From Chloroflexota bacterium (GTDB lineage: Bacteria > Chloroflexota > Dehalococcoidia > GIF9 > AB-539-J10), in NCBI GenBank assembly GCA_037444365.1, contig JBBIMO010000005.1:1082-65081 (forward strand): 64,000 nucleotides of DNA, in the 5' to 3' direction. Shown piece by piece: positions 38,757-50,318 of this stretch (its first letter is position 1; the number at the start of each line of letters is the position of its first letter). The notes beneath the pieces were generated by a model. It had not been told where the DNA came from. It made no database searches and was given only the letters and a program-made list of their open reading frames with translations. The translations under genes were made by a program, and so were the position numbers.

Positions 38757-39287
38757 TTAGTTCACCCAGCTTGGAAAAATCCATGGGATGCTGATTATTC
38801 CCAACCCTATCAAGTGCGTTATTAGGAGCACCACGACACCAGCCACAATCACTCCCAACACAACAGCGGGGAAAGCTTTCTTCCAATCCATGCCCAGTAG
38901 CCAGGCCAACATAGTCCCCGTATATGCCCCGGTTAGAGGTAAGGGCACAGCCACGAACAAGAATAACCCCCAGAATCCATATTTGTCTACTTTCGGCTCA
39001 CCTCTTTTCCTCAAGCCATCAAGGTACCTGTCGAGCAACGGGATTCGGTGCAGGAACTTATCGTAAAAAAAACGCAGGGCAAAGAAGATGGGGAAGAATA
39101 TCAAGATATTAACGGTGACCACCATAAAGAAGATCGGCAAGGGGTCTAGCTCATAATGTAATATCCCTAATGGGATACCACCTCTTAATTCACTGATGGG
39201 CAAAACGGTAGCCAGCAGAACCCAACGAACTGTTTCCCACGTCATCATATGTCTCCAAAACAGCGCCCCACATGGATGCGGAAGCAC
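38757..39287 (-). CDS. Small polytopic membrane protein (COG2426 / putative small multidrug-export family-like)
   Basis: It has four TM helices and the conserved motif ELRGGIPLG near the N-terminus. Confidence 0.45.
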   Translation of the reverse strand: MLPHPCGALFWRHMMTWETVRWVLLATVLPISELRGGIPLGILHYELDPLPIFFMVVTVNILIFFPIFFALRFFYDKFLHRIPLLDRYLDGLRKRGEPKVDKYGFWGLFLFVAVPLPLTGAYTGTMLAWLLGMDWKKAFPAVVLGVIVAGVVVLLITHLIGLGIISIPWIFPSWVN

Positions 39288-39374
39288 AGTCTAGCATATG
39301 TTATTACACTTTGTGTTCATTGCCAACCACTCAATTCCGTGCTATCCTCTATCCAACTCGGCTTAACGTAGGGA

Positions 39375-40736
39375 ATGAACGCAAGGAGGCTTTTTGGCAC
39401 CAGTGGCATCCGGGGCGTAGTCAACCAAGATCTGTCGCTTGATTTGTGTCGCCGAGTTGCCTTAGCTATCGGCACTACTCTCTCTCCATCGTCCACGGTT
39501 TGTATCGCCACAGACACCAGAACAAGCAGGGAGACAATTAAGGAAGCGATTACCACGGGCTTGCTTTCTTGTAGCGTGAACATAGTTGACTTCGGCATTT
39601 TGCCTACCCCAGCACTGGCGTTGCTCACACGAGAACTTGGCTTCGCCACAGGTATCATGGTCACAGCCTCCCACAATCCACCGGAGTTCAATGGAATTAA
39701 GCTCTTTAACGGGAATTCCGTGGGATACAGCCAAGCCCAGGAGATGGAGATAGAGGAGATTTATTTTGGACAGAAATTCCGCCAAGGCAAGAGTGGGACT
39801 TTGGAGCAAGCATCGGATGTGAAGTCAAGATACGTTTCCTTTATCAAGGGCAAGCTTTCTCGGCAAGGATTTGATCACCGGCTAAGGGTCGTTGTAGATC
39901 CTGGCAATGGCGCTGCTTCCAAGTTTGCGAGCGACATCTTTGTCCAGATGGGCCTTGATGTAATACCTGTAAATGATGAGCCAGATGGCTCCTTCCCGGG
40001 GAGAAGCCCTGAGCCCAAGGACGATACTCTTCAAGGCACTGTCGCTTGCCTGAGACAGCATGATGGTGATATAGCTGTTTGCTTTGATGGCGATGCCGAC
40101 CGCGTTGTTTTCTGCGATAAAGAAGGTTTCCTCGGTTTCAACGAGCCCATCGCCTTCGTGTCAAGACTGGTCATCAAGAAGACAGGGAGGAAGAAGATTG
40201 CTACTACGGTAGAAGCTGGAACTCTTCTTGACCTAGCAATCAAGGACCTGGGGGCGGAAGTCGTCAGAGGCAAGGTTGGTGATGTGGCTGTGGCTCATCT
40301 AGCCCAGGAGCTCGACGCTGCCTTAGGAGTAGAGCAGGTAGGCGTCTACATTTTCCCGGAAATCGGCTATTATCCCGACAGCATTTTCGCCTCACTCTTC
40401 TTACTAAGTCAGGTCAGCGATGCCGGCGAGATCAGGCGATTCCTCAAGAGCATTCCTAAGCTGTTCTTCCAAACAGCCAAGATTCCCTGCTCAAACGAAC
40501 TCAAGGAGCAAGTCATGGCTCAAGTGAAGGACAAGGCTCACATCTTTTCTCCTGATGAGATAAATACCCTTGACGGATTGAGGCTGCGATTCGCTGACTC
40601 CTGGATGCTCATCAGAGCCAGTGGCACAGAGCCTATCATCCGAGTGATCTCTGAATCAACGTCGCAGAAACAGACCGACGAGCTTATGAGCAAGGGCAAA
40701 AGACTCGTCCAGAGTCTGGTGGAGGACAAGAGATGA
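39375..40736 (+). CDS. glmM: Phosphoglucosamine/phosphohexose mutase
   Basis: The active-site serine loop reads TASHNPPEFNGIK. The gene lies in an amino-sugar context. Confidence 0.8.
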   Translation: MNARRLFGTSGIRGVVNQDLSLDLCRRVALAIGTTLSPSSTVCIATDTRTSRETIKEAITTGLLSCSVNIVDFGILPTPALALLTRELGFATGIMVTASHNPPEFNGIKLFNGNSVGYSQAQEMEIEEIYFGQKFRQGKSGTLEQASDVKSRYVSFIKGKLSRQGFDHRLRVVVDPGNGAASKFASDIFVQMGLDVIPVNDEPDGSFPGRSPEPKDDTLQGTVACLRQHDGDIAVCFDGDADRVVFCDKEGFLGFNEPIAFVSRLVIKKTGRKKIATTVEAGTLLDLAIKDLGAEVVRGKVGDVAVAHLAQELDAALGVEQVGVYIFPEIGYYPDSIFASLFLLSQVSDAGEIRRFLKSIPKLFFQTAKIPCSNELKEQVMAQVKDKAHIFSPDEINTLDGLRLRFADSWMLIRASGTEPIIRVISESTSQKQTDELMSKGKRLVQSLVEDKR

Positions 40737-42052
40737 AAGCTGTGTTTCTCTGTGGCGGACGCGGCAAGAGGATGTTTCCCATCGCTGAAGACAAGTTCCT
40801 CCTTGATTTCCTCGGGAAGCCGTTGCTTGAACACCAAATCAGAATGGCCTGCGAGGCAGGTTTGAGCGATTTCGTGATCATCGGCAATTCCGACAACATG
40901 GCACGAATAGAGCAAGTAATAAAGAGAGTTCCCGGGATTGAGGTGAACCTCGCCCTGCAAAAGAAATCATTGGGTATCGCTGATGCCCTGAAAAGTGCTG
41001 AGCCTTTTCTGCGTGGGCAAATACTAGTCATAAACCCCAACGATGTCTTCGCAAGCTCAGCGTACACCAAGATCATGACTGCAGCCAAGAGGAATTCCGG
41101 CTCGTCCTACATCCTGGGTTACCAAGTCCAGAAGTACTTTCCCGGAGGTTATCTTCAGGTAGATGCTGGAAATGAGCTTCTACACATCGTGGAAAAGCCC
41201 GCTCCTGGCGAGGAGCCCAGCAACTTAGTAAACATCTTGATTCACTGCCACAACGACTCGCAAGAGCTTTTGCGCCATATTGAGACAGTGCAGACTACCA
41301 GGGACGACGTCTATGAATGCGCCCTCGACAGTATGGTGAAGGCAGGGAACAGGATAGAAGTCATTCCCTACAACGACTTCTGGGCGCCAATAAAATATCC
41401 CTGGCATATCTTCAAGGTAGTGGAGTATTTTCTGGACAACGCCCAACCTTATGTTGCCCCTTCCGCCCGCATCTCCAGGAAAGCTACAATCGAGGGAAAA
41501 GTCATCTTAAGCGACCATGTGAGGGTATTGGAGAATGCTGTGATTCGAGGTCCTGCGTATCTGGGGGCGAACTCTATCGTCGGCAACAATGCCCTCGTGC
41601 GAGACTACAGCCACATCGGTGCCAACTCCGTTGTTGGCTATTCCACCGAGGTGAAGCACTCCTATATCGGCGACAACTGCTGGTTCCACTCCAATTACAT
41701 CGGCGATTCCATCATAGACCACAACTGCTCTCTGGGCGCTGGTGCCGTCCTCGCTAACTTTAGACTGGACGAAGCGAACATCCAGATAAGGGTCGGCGAC
41801 AGTCTGGTAGATACTGGCTATGATAAACTGGGGGCAATCTTGGGTCGAGGCTCCCGCATTGGAGTAAATGCCAGTCTTATGCCTGGAGTTCGAGTAGGTC
41901 CTGATTCCTTCGTAGGACCTCAGGTATGTCTGCGGCAGGACCTGGGCGCTGGCAAGATGATCTTACTCGAGTCTCGATACGAGGTCACAGACAACGAGAT
42001 AAGACTCGACGAGGCCAAGAGAAGAGAGCTGCTGGATAAGCTAAGGGAATGA
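40733..42052 (+). CDS. Bifunctional sugar-1-phosphate nucleotidyltransferase / left-handed beta-helix acyltransferase (GlmU-like, archaeal type)
   Basis: The N-terminal NTP-transferase motif (LCGGRGKRMFP) is followed by C-terminal hexapeptide repeats. The start overlaps the glmM stop. Confidence 0.75.
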   Translation: MKAVFLCGGRGKRMFPIAEDKFLLDFLGKPLLEHQIRMACEAGLSDFVIIGNSDNMARIEQVIKRVPGIEVNLALQKKSLGIADALKSAEPFLRGQILVINPNDVFASSAYTKIMTAAKRNSGSSYILGYQVQKYFPGGYLQVDAGNELLHIVEKPAPGEEPSNLVNILIHCHNDSQELLRHIETVQTTRDDVYECALDSMVKAGNRIEVIPYNDFWAPIKYPWHIFKVVEYFLDNAQPYVAPSARISRKATIEGKVILSDHVRVLENAVIRGPAYLGANSIVGNNALVRDYSHIGANSVVGYSTEVKHSYIGDNCWFHSNYIGDSIIDHNCSLGAGAVLANFRLDEANIQIRVGDSLVDTGYDKLGAILGRGSRIGVNASLMPGVRVGPDSFVGPQVCLRQDLGAGKMILLESRYEVTDNEIRLDEAKRRELLDKLRE

Positions 42053-42099
42053 GAGATGGCAGAATGGTTGGGCTGATCCCTCTCTTGGGTATGTCCTGA

Positions 42100-43551
<1,452 letters not shown>

Positions 43552-43704
43552 TGTCCCTCTTGAGGCCACAGCTAGTCAAACGCCTCATGATTTGGGCTCG
43601 CCACGCCCTATGCTCCCATCGTTCAGTATAAGCAGAGCATACCGGCGCAGGCAGGATCGTTAGACATGCCCCAAAGCGTGATATAATAGCCTGAGCGAAC
43701 TGAA

Positions 43705-45480
43705 ATGTGTGGCATCATTGGCTATTGTGGCGAAAGGCCAGCGGTCCCCATCGTGATCGATGCTTTGAAGCGTCTCGAATACCGGGGCTACGATTCAGCA
43801 GGCATAGCTTCGCTTCACAATGGCAGGTTATCAATAAAGAAAGATGCCGGCAAGGTTGATGAGGTCATTCGCAAGCACGACCTGGCAAGCCTGCACGGCA
43901 GCGTCGCCATCGGCCACACACGGTGGGCAACGCACGGTGGTGTTACTCAATCCAATGCCCACCCTCATTCCGATTGTAGCGGCAACCTGGCTGTGGTTCA
44001 CAATGGCATCATTGAGAACCATCAACAACTCCGCCAGGAACTCGCCGAGAAGGGACACAAGTTCACCTCAGAGACCGATACCGAGGTGATCCCCCACCTC
44101 ATCGAAGACGAGCTCAAGAATGGGTGTTCCCTGGAACAGGCTGTGCTAAATATAGCTCCCAGGCTTGAAGGGTCCTATGCCTTCCTGGCCATGTCGCCTG
44201 GTGACTCCGGCAAAATTGTCGGCACAAGAAGGACCAACCCCTTGATTGTCGGTATCAATGACGGTGGTCACTTCATTAGCAGCGATGCCCTGGCTTTCTC
44301 CCAGCATACCAATCAGGTAATGGGTCTGGGAGACAGCGAGGTAGCGACGCTCACGCAGAGAGGAATCCAATTCCTCGATTCTCGAGGATGCAAGCTAGTT
44401 AAGAAAGTCAGGAAACTCGATCACAGTTGGGCTGAGAACAGCAAGGGAGGCTATCAGTACTTCATGCTCAAGGAGATAATGGAGCAAGCCCAGGTGCTTG
44501 CGCAAACGGCCTGTCAGGACAAAAAGGGATTCACCAAGATTGCCCTGGATATCCTGAGGGCCAATCAGGTGATCATAACTGCCTGCGGCACTTCCCGTTA
44601 TGCGGCTCTGGTGGGCAGATATCTCTTTTCCCGGGTGGGTAAGAAGTTTTGTGATGTGGTCATGGCTTCCGAGTTTGGTTATTTCGCTGACTCAGTAGAC
44701 AAGAACACTGTAGTTATCGCCGTCTCTCAGAGCGGCGAGACAGCAGATGTAGTCGAGGGAGTGAAGGCAGCCAAGAGTGCTGGAGCTCACATTATCTCCA
44801 TAATCAACAGGCCTAACTCCATACTGGCTGACCTGAGCCATGATGTTATCTATCTGAATTGTGGCGCTGAGATTGCCGTAGCTGCTACCAAGAGCTTCCT
44901 GTCACAGCTAGCCATATTCTACTTGTTATCCTTCTCCATGGTCAACGCCTTTGACGAAGCTTCAGCTAAGCTGACCGGCTTGAATGGCGAGATCGCTGAC
45001 GTATTGGACCGGAACAAGAGCGAGCTTATCAAGCTCAGCCAGAAGTTGAAGGATAAGAACGACTTCTATTACATAGCCAGGGGAATCAACTTCGCCATCG
45101 CCTCCGAAGCCGCCTTGAAGCTCAAAGAGGTTTCCTACATCCATGCCGAAGGTATGCCTGCCGGCGAACTTAAGCATGGCACTCTGGCCCTGATTGAGCC
45201 TGGCACGCCAGTAGTGGTGATTTGCCCTGCGGACTACACATTTTCCGAGACCCTGAGCAATGCCATAGAAGCCAAATCGCGTGGCGCCTACATCATAGGC
45301 GTCTCCGACAAGGAAAGTGCCATCTATGATTCCTGGATCAGCCTTCCCAAAGTTGATGAGCTACTATATCCCATGGTCGCCGTAGTTCCTCTTCAGCTTC
45401 TGGCTTATTATGTGGCTGTCAACCGGGGATGCGATCCTGATAAGCCTCGCAATCTGGCAAAATCTGTGACTGTGAAATAG
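43705..45480 (+). CDS. glmS: Glutamine--fructose-6-phosphate aminotransferase
   Basis: The Ntn start is MCGIIGY, two SIS domains follow, and the C-terminus reads ...KSVTVK. A promoter with TATAAT lies at 43683-43688. Confidence 0.9.
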   Translation: MCGIIGYCGERPAVPIVIDALKRLEYRGYDSAGIASLHNGRLSIKKDAGKVDEVIRKHDLASLHGSVAIGHTRWATHGGVTQSNAHPHSDCSGNLAVVHNGIIENHQQLRQELAEKGHKFTSETDTEVIPHLIEDELKNGCSLEQAVLNIAPRLEGSYAFLAMSPGDSGKIVGTRRTNPLIVGINDGGHFISSDALAFSQHTNQVMGLGDSEVATLTQRGIQFLDSRGCKLVKKVRKLDHSWAENSKGGYQYFMLKEIMEQAQVLAQTACQDKKGFTKIALDILRANQVIITACGTSRYAALVGRYLFSRVGKKFCDVVMASEFGYFADSVDKNTVVIAVSQSGETADVVEGVKAAKSAGAHIISIINRPNSILADLSHDVIYLNCGAEIAVAATKSFLSQLAIFYLLSFSMVNAFDEASAKLTGLNGEIADVLDRNKSELIKLSQKLKDKNDFYYIARGINFAIASEAALKLKEVSYIHAEGMPAGELKHGTLALIEPGTPVVVICPADYTFSETLSNAIEAKSRGAYIIGVSDKESAIYDSWISLPKVDELLYPMVAVVPLQLLAYYVAVNRGCDPDKPRNLAKSVTVK

Positions 45481-45540
45481 AATCAGAGGATTTGTGAGGT
45501 TTATGAGGTTTATAGAGTTCGCAGAGCTTGTGGAGTTGGC

Positions 45541-46437
45541 TTGTCTAAGATGACTGGAGAAACTCAACAAACTAAAGTGAAAGTCCTGGCTGGGATAGCT
45601 GCCTACAATGAGGCGAGATATCTTGGCAGCGTAGTTCTTCAGGCAAAGCAGTATGTGGATGAGGTCATCGTCGTTGACGATGGGAGCACGGACAACACCG
45701 CCGGGGTCGCCGAACTGGCTGGTGCCACGGTACTCCGCCACGCCGAGAACAGAGGCAAGGGCGCAGCCATCCAGAGCATGCTGGCTGAGGCCAGGAAGAG
45801 AAAACCCGATGTCCTAGTTCTTCTGGATGCTGATGCCCAGCATGACCCAAATGAGATTCCCACTCTCATCAGACCCGTTGCACAGGGTTTTGACCTCGTC
45901 ATAGGTTCCAGAGAAGCGCAGGAGTCTAAGACTCCTCGTTACCGCCGAATAGGGAAGAAAGTCATTTTCCGGTCAAGCAGGTTCGCTTCGCAGACCAATG
46001 TATACGACTCCGAATCGGGATTCCGGGCGCTTTCTCCAAAGGCAATCAACGAACTTGACCTGAAGGAGCATGGGTTTGCCATAGAGTCAGAGATGATCAC
46101 TCGTGCCGCGGACAAGAAGCTCAGGATAACCGAGGTGCCAATTTCCAACATATACACCAAGGATGGTTCCACTCTCAATCCTATCATACATGGCATGGAC
46201 GTGTTCAGTCGGATACTCGTCATGATTTCACAGAGGAGGCCTCTGTTCTTCTTCGGACTGGCAGGTGGTATCTTGCTGATGGTCGGTGTTATCACCGGCA
46301 TGAGAGTGCTTCATATAGTCAACACAACGGGCCAGGTGGCTTTGGGCACCACCGTGCTGACCACTCTGTTGGTTATCGCTGGCATATTGAGTATCTTCAC
46401 CGGCATAATACTGAACGCCTTGCTCAGGCGAAAATGA
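45541..46437 (+). CDS. GT2-family glycosyltransferase (polyprenol-phosphate hexosyltransferase-like) with C-terminal TM helices
   Basis: The DxD region reads VVVDDGSTDNT...LDADAQH. Two C-terminal TM helices follow. Confidence 0.75.
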   Translation: MSKMTGETQQTKVKVLAGIAAYNEARYLGSVVLQAKQYVDEVIVVDDGSTDNTAGVAELAGATVLRHAENRGKGAAIQSMLAEARKRKPDVLVLLDADAQHDPNEIPTLIRPVAQGFDLVIGSREAQESKTPRYRRIGKKVIFRSSRFASQTNVYDSESGFRALSPKAINELDLKEHGFAIESEMITRAADKKLRITEVPISNIYTKDGSTLNPIIHGMDVFSRILVMISQRRPLFFFGLAGGILLMVGVITGMRVLHIVNTTGQVALGTTVLTTLLVIAGILSIFTGIILNALLRRK

Positions 46438-46723
46438 CCTGACCACAAGCTGAACCCAACCCATTGAGAACCAGTAGTAGTATCCTACCTGCTTCACAAG
46501 CTTGGCTGGCACCCGCTGGACAAAGCTGGCCACAAGGCATTAATATTCTGTCCTTAGCCAAATGGAGGCAGAAGCGAGCGGTTCCCACAGCATCTGGCAA
46601 AGAGCCTGCAGTATATTGACAGCCAGCAATGGCTATACTTATAATGAGTCCAGGTACTACAGAGGTTACTGATCCGACTGAGAGGCTTGGAACCTTGGAA
46701 AAACCAAGGAAAGGAGAGAGCGG

Positions 46724-46900
46724 ATGGATGAAAATGAGGTGAGGCCAACCTGGAGATTAGCCTGGGGATTGTGGTGGCGGATGTTGCTCATTAGCCTGGG
46801 GATATCTGTTGTAGTCGGGGGAATCATGTTTGCTCTATTCCTTACAGGTGTGGTATGCATACCCTGGGGATCATTCTTCGAGTGGTTGCCCGGGGTGTAA
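46724..46900 (+). CDS. 58-aa single-pass membrane micro-protein
   Basis: It reads MDENEVRPTWRLAWGLWWRMLLISLGISVVVGGIMFALFLTGVVCIPWGSFFEWLPGV. A GGAGAG RBS and a promoter (TTGACA 46617, TATAAT ~46641) lie upstream. It is below the ORF-track cutoff. Confidence 0.45.
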   Translation: MDENEVRPTWRLAWGLWWRMLLISLGISVVVGGIMFALFLTGVVCIPWGSFFEWLPGV

Positions 46901-47065
46901 TTACGATCTGGTATTGGTGACCGGGCAGCAGTGTACCGGTTGTACCGGAGCAATGGGTTGCAGCAGCAACGTCCACGGTGTCGGTGGTTATTGTAGTTTC
47001 TGGGTATTGACAAGAAGAACTCCCAACTATATCGTTATGCGGGAATAAGAAGGAGGAATGAAAAA

Positions 47066-47380
47066 ATGCAGCAGACATGGAAGCCGACGGTTGCTGGGAT
47101 ACTAGCCATCATCGGGGGGTGTATTGAAGTGGTTTTCGGCATAGTGGTGGCTACAGTTGGCAGCCTCGGATGGTTTTTTGGAATGGGATGGTTGAGTGCC
47201 TTTGGTGCTCCGTCAATCATATTGGGGATAATCGCGATAATAGGCGGCATCTATGCATTGAAGAGGAGAGCCTGGGGATTGGCGCTTGCCGGGTCTATCT
47301 GTGCCCTCTTTGGTCCTTGGGCTATTCTGGGGATACTCGCCATCATATTCGTTATCTTGGGAAAGGACGAATTCAGGTGA
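47066..47380 (+). CDS. Small 4-TM membrane protein
   Basis: It has an AGGAGG RBS and Gly-rich TM helices (GILAIIGG, LGIIAIIGG, WAILGILAIIFVILG). Confidence 0.55.
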   Translation: MQQTWKPTVAGILAIIGGCIEVVFGIVVATVGSLGWFFGMGWLSAFGAPSIILGIIAIIGGIYALKRRAWGLALAGSICALFGPWAILGILAIIFVILGKDEFR

Positions 47381-47463
47381 AGTCCAAGATTCGGCAAGCT
47401 ATGTGAATCATAGTAGCTATCAAATCGCATTCGAAAGAATTCAACAAGAGAAAGGAGGGAAGA

Positions 47464-47778
47464 ATGGAAAGATATCCTTTTCTAAGATTTGCAACGGCTG
47501 TTTTGAGGGTAGCGGGTTGGATAGTCCTAATAGGTGGAGGTATTGTTTCGATTGTTATGGGGATTTCGACAGGTAGTGCTACAAATGGAGGCGTAGGCGG
47601 GCTCGCGGGTGGGCTCGTAGGTGCATTTATAGCTGTGGTGGGAGTAGTTTTGTCCTTCCTTGCCTGGCTGTTTTTGTTGGCAACGAGGGAGCTTTTCTAC
47701 TTGTTTATTCAAGTGGAAGAGAACACCAGAAACACGGCTGAGCGCATCGCCACTACAGAGAGAGTAAGCCAGGGTTGA
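47464..47778 (+). CDS. Small 2-TM membrane protein (DUF4282-like C-terminal motif)
   Basis: It has a GGAGGG RBS. The C-terminal motif WLFLLATRELFYLFIQVEENTRNTAE matches the FRIxENTR pattern of DUF4282-type proteins. Confidence 0.5.
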   Translation: MERYPFLRFATAVLRVAGWIVLIGGGIVSIVMGISTGSATNGGVGGLAGGLVGAFIAVVGVVLSFLAWLFLLATRELFYLFIQVEENTRNTAERIATTERVSQG

Positions 47779-47804
47779 ATTCGTCTGCTTTATGGTGAGG
47801 TGAA

Positions 47805-48281
47805 GTGAAAGCGGCGATTTTCTCATTGTTCGGTAGGGTGGGCGCCCTGTTTCGCGGGATGCTTTCCGTGGTCCGAGGGCTCCTTTCTTTGCTGCACGAA
47901 CTTATCGGAAGAGTGCTTCAACTCCCGCCCTTTTCGAAGATAAGCCGTCGTTTTGAGAGAGTCTGGAGAGGCAAACGGGTAGAGTATCACTTCTTGCCAT
48001 ATATGACCAGTGTCTTAAGAGTGCTGGGATGGGCAGTCCTTGTGATCGGTGTGCTTGCGTCGATGCTTCTCGGAGTGCAAATACTGAAAGACGGATTGAC
48101 CATTGGGACGAGGGAATGGATAGGCGTTGGTCCCGGAGTTGCCGTCATCATATCAGGGATAATCGTCTCCTTCTTGTCCTGGCTGTTCTTACTTGTGGCT
48201 AGAGAACTAGTCTGCTTGTTCATCCATGTGAGAAACAACACAGGAAACACAGCGAGCGGCATGACAGAAGCAGCGGATTGA
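47805..48281 (+). CDS. Paralogue of 47464-47778 (2-TM membrane protein) with an N-terminal extension
   Basis: The motif LRVLGWAVLVIG...WLFLLVARELVCLFIHVRNNTGNTAS aligns with the upstream gene. A GTG start is predicted and an internal Met start is possible. Confidence 0.45.
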   Translation: MKAAIFSLFGRVGALFRGMLSVVRGLLSLLHELIGRVLQLPPFSKISRRFERVWRGKRVEYHFLPYMTSVLRVLGWAVLVIGVLASMLLGVQILKDGLTIGTREWIGVGPGVAVIISGIIVSFLSWLFLLVARELVCLFIHVRNNTGNTASGMTEAAD

Positions 48282-48413
48282 CATCCAATTCATGCTTTGC
48301 CTCTGATTCCCTTCTCACTTCGTAGATTGGCTTTCCGTTTGTTGTTAGGTTTCATAAGTCTACCTTGCTTGCAGCGATCTGGGTTCACAAATCATTCTGT
48401 CTCAACTGTCTGA

Positions 48414-49637
48414 TCAAATAAAGCTATTCTTCAACTTGAATATCTCTTCTTCAACATTGCCACTCTGTTCTTTCAGAGCCCTTATGACTTGTTCTACTCT
48501 GTCATGCCTGTAGCTGTCATTGAGATCAGCCAATCTATTGTATAAGCCTGCCCGCCTGCCAATTTTGAAATTCAGCCTCTCCTCGCCCGGCAGAGACAAA
48601 TACCTATCTATTATATCGAGGCACTTCCCCTTGTCGTCAGGCATTTTCCCTTCGACTTCCATGAGCAGGTTAAGTATGTGGTCACTCTTAAGATAACTAG
48701 TCACTTGCAGGTTTTCGACAAAAACAGCTATTTCCCTTACCACTTCGTCCTCTGTTTGCAGCTCAAAGTCCCTCTCCTGCAACTTGGTCCACAGCGGCAT
48801 GGTTGGCGCTACATGGAGGCTGCGCAGCCTGACATAATCCGGGTCAATCTCATTTAGCACCCTGGCTGTTTCTCGGGCATGCTCCTGCCACATCTTCTTG
48901 CCGCCCAATCCAGGAATAACATACTCACACAGGGAAATGCCTGCCTCCTTCACTTTCCTGCCACCTTCGATGTGGTTCTCAGCGGTGCAGCCCTTTTCCA
49001 CATAAGCCAGCAAAGGGTCATAGCCAGTCTCCAGTCCAATGTGAATCCTGCTTAGGCCAGCGTCCCTAAGCTCCTTCAACTCCACTGACGACTTCCTAGC
49101 TGCCGTATGAGACCGACCGTATGTAGTAACTCTGTCTAAGCTAGGAAAGGCCTCTCTAAGGAAGCTGATTACCCGGATAAGCTCGGTAGTACGCATAACC
49201 AGGGTGTTAGAATCCTGCAGAAATGCGGTCCTGCTTCCTGCTGCCAGCCACTGGGCAACATGGCTCACACACGGCCCGTATTGAGGCTCATTACAAACAT
49301 TGGCTGCTACTTCTCTCACCTTATCGCCGTATCCCATTTTCCATGCCATTTCCTTAATGCCCTCGCTAATGGCCTTGATTGCCTCAATATCCCCGATGAT
49401 CTCCCTAACCCTCCTCAGCTCGAACTCACTGCCCTTGTATACGGGACAGAACTGACATCTATTCCAGGGGCAATTCCTGGTCGCCCTTATCAGGATGGAA
49501 TAGGCTTCGCTGGGAGGTCTTATGGGACCGAGCTCGAAAGTATGACTCAGCTTCTCCGTAATTGAGTAGCTCAACATCTTACGAATTCTAGCGTGGTTCA
49601 GGCGCAACAGGCAAATAGACTTTGGCCTCGCCGTCAT
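48414..49637 (-). CDS. Radical SAM domain protein with an atypical CX4CX2C cluster
   Basis: It has NCPWNRCQFCPVY (C-x4-C-x2-C), the glycine-rich SAM motif region, and TIM-barrel radical SAM hallmarks (LSRIHIGLETG). Confidence 0.6.
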   Translation of the reverse strand: MTARPKSICLLRLNHARIRKMLSYSITEKLSHTFELGPIRPPSEAYSILIRATRNCPWNRCQFCPVYKGSEFELRRVREIIGDIEAIKAISEGIKEMAWKMGYGDKVREVAANVCNEPQYGPCVSHVAQWLAAGSRTAFLQDSNTLVMRTTELIRVISFLREAFPSLDRVTTYGRSHTAARKSSVELKELRDAGLSRIHIGLETGYDPLLAYVEKGCTAENHIEGGRKVKEAGISLCEYVIPGLGGKKMWQEHARETARVLNEIDPDYVRLRSLHVAPTMPLWTKLQERDFELQTEDEVVREIAVFVENLQVTSYLKSDHILNLLMEVEGKMPDDKGKCLDIIDRYLSLPGEERLNFKIGRRAGLYNRLADLNDSYRHDRVEQVIRALKEQSGNVEEEIFKLKNSFI

Positions 49638-49657
49638 GATAATATCGTCATTCTAAA

Positions 49658-50293
49658 ATGCAGCAGATCGAGCTGGTCTCCTTTGATGCTGAAGGGACGC
49701 TGGTGACACCCGATTTCAGCGAGGCCATATGGCAGGAGGCCATCCCTGCGCTTCATGCTCAGAAGACGGGGCTTGATTATGCTGAAGCCAAGAAATGTGT
49801 CACCGAAGAGTACAACAAGGTCGGTGTCCACAGGCTGGAATGGTATGACATCGAGTATTGGTTCAGCCATCTTGGTTTGGGTTCTCCTGAGCCGGTGATA
49901 CGAAGCTGCCTGGGTAAGATAACCTACTATCCTGAGGTGACTGAGGTCCTTTCTGCTTTGGCGAAGGAGCATAGGTTGATTGTTGCCTCGGGCACCCCAG
50001 TCAAGCTATTGGACTGCTTGTTGCGGGATATCAAACCCTACTTTGTGCGAATCTTCTCTTCCATTTCCCATTATAGACAGGTGAAAACCCCCGACTTCTA
50101 TCTTAAGATATGTGAAGAGATAGGGGTCAAGCCAAGCCGGGTCATCCATGTCGGCGATAACTGGCAGTTTGATTTTCTCAATGCCCGCCAGGCAGGTCTA
50201 AACGCTTTCTATCTTGACAGATCAGAAGGAAACCATCAGGAATTCCTGAGCGATTTGGCTCAACTGAAACGTCTTCTTATGCCTTCAGCATAA
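49658..50293 (+). CDS. HAD-superfamily hydrolase
   Basis: Motif I is LVSFDAEGTL, and motifs III/IV (HVGDNWQFD) are present. Confidence 0.7.
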   Translation: MQQIELVSFDAEGTLVTPDFSEAIWQEAIPALHAQKTGLDYAEAKKCVTEEYNKVGVHRLEWYDIEYWFSHLGLGSPEPVIRSCLGKITYYPEVTEVLSALAKEHRLIVASGTPVKLLDCLLRDIKPYFVRIFSSISHYRQVKTPDFYLKICEEIGVKPSRVIHVGDNWQFDFLNARQAGLNAFYLDRSEGNHQEFLSDLAQLKRLLMPSA

Positions 50294-50318
50294 ATATGTT
50301 CTGCCATAAACCCTAGAC

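Noticed and set aside
43552-43704. Looked for a glmS ribozyme in the glmS leader.
   Set aside because: The gap is only ~150 nt. It lacks the conserved AGCGCCAGAACU / GACGAGG core elements and contains an ordinary TATAAT promoter.
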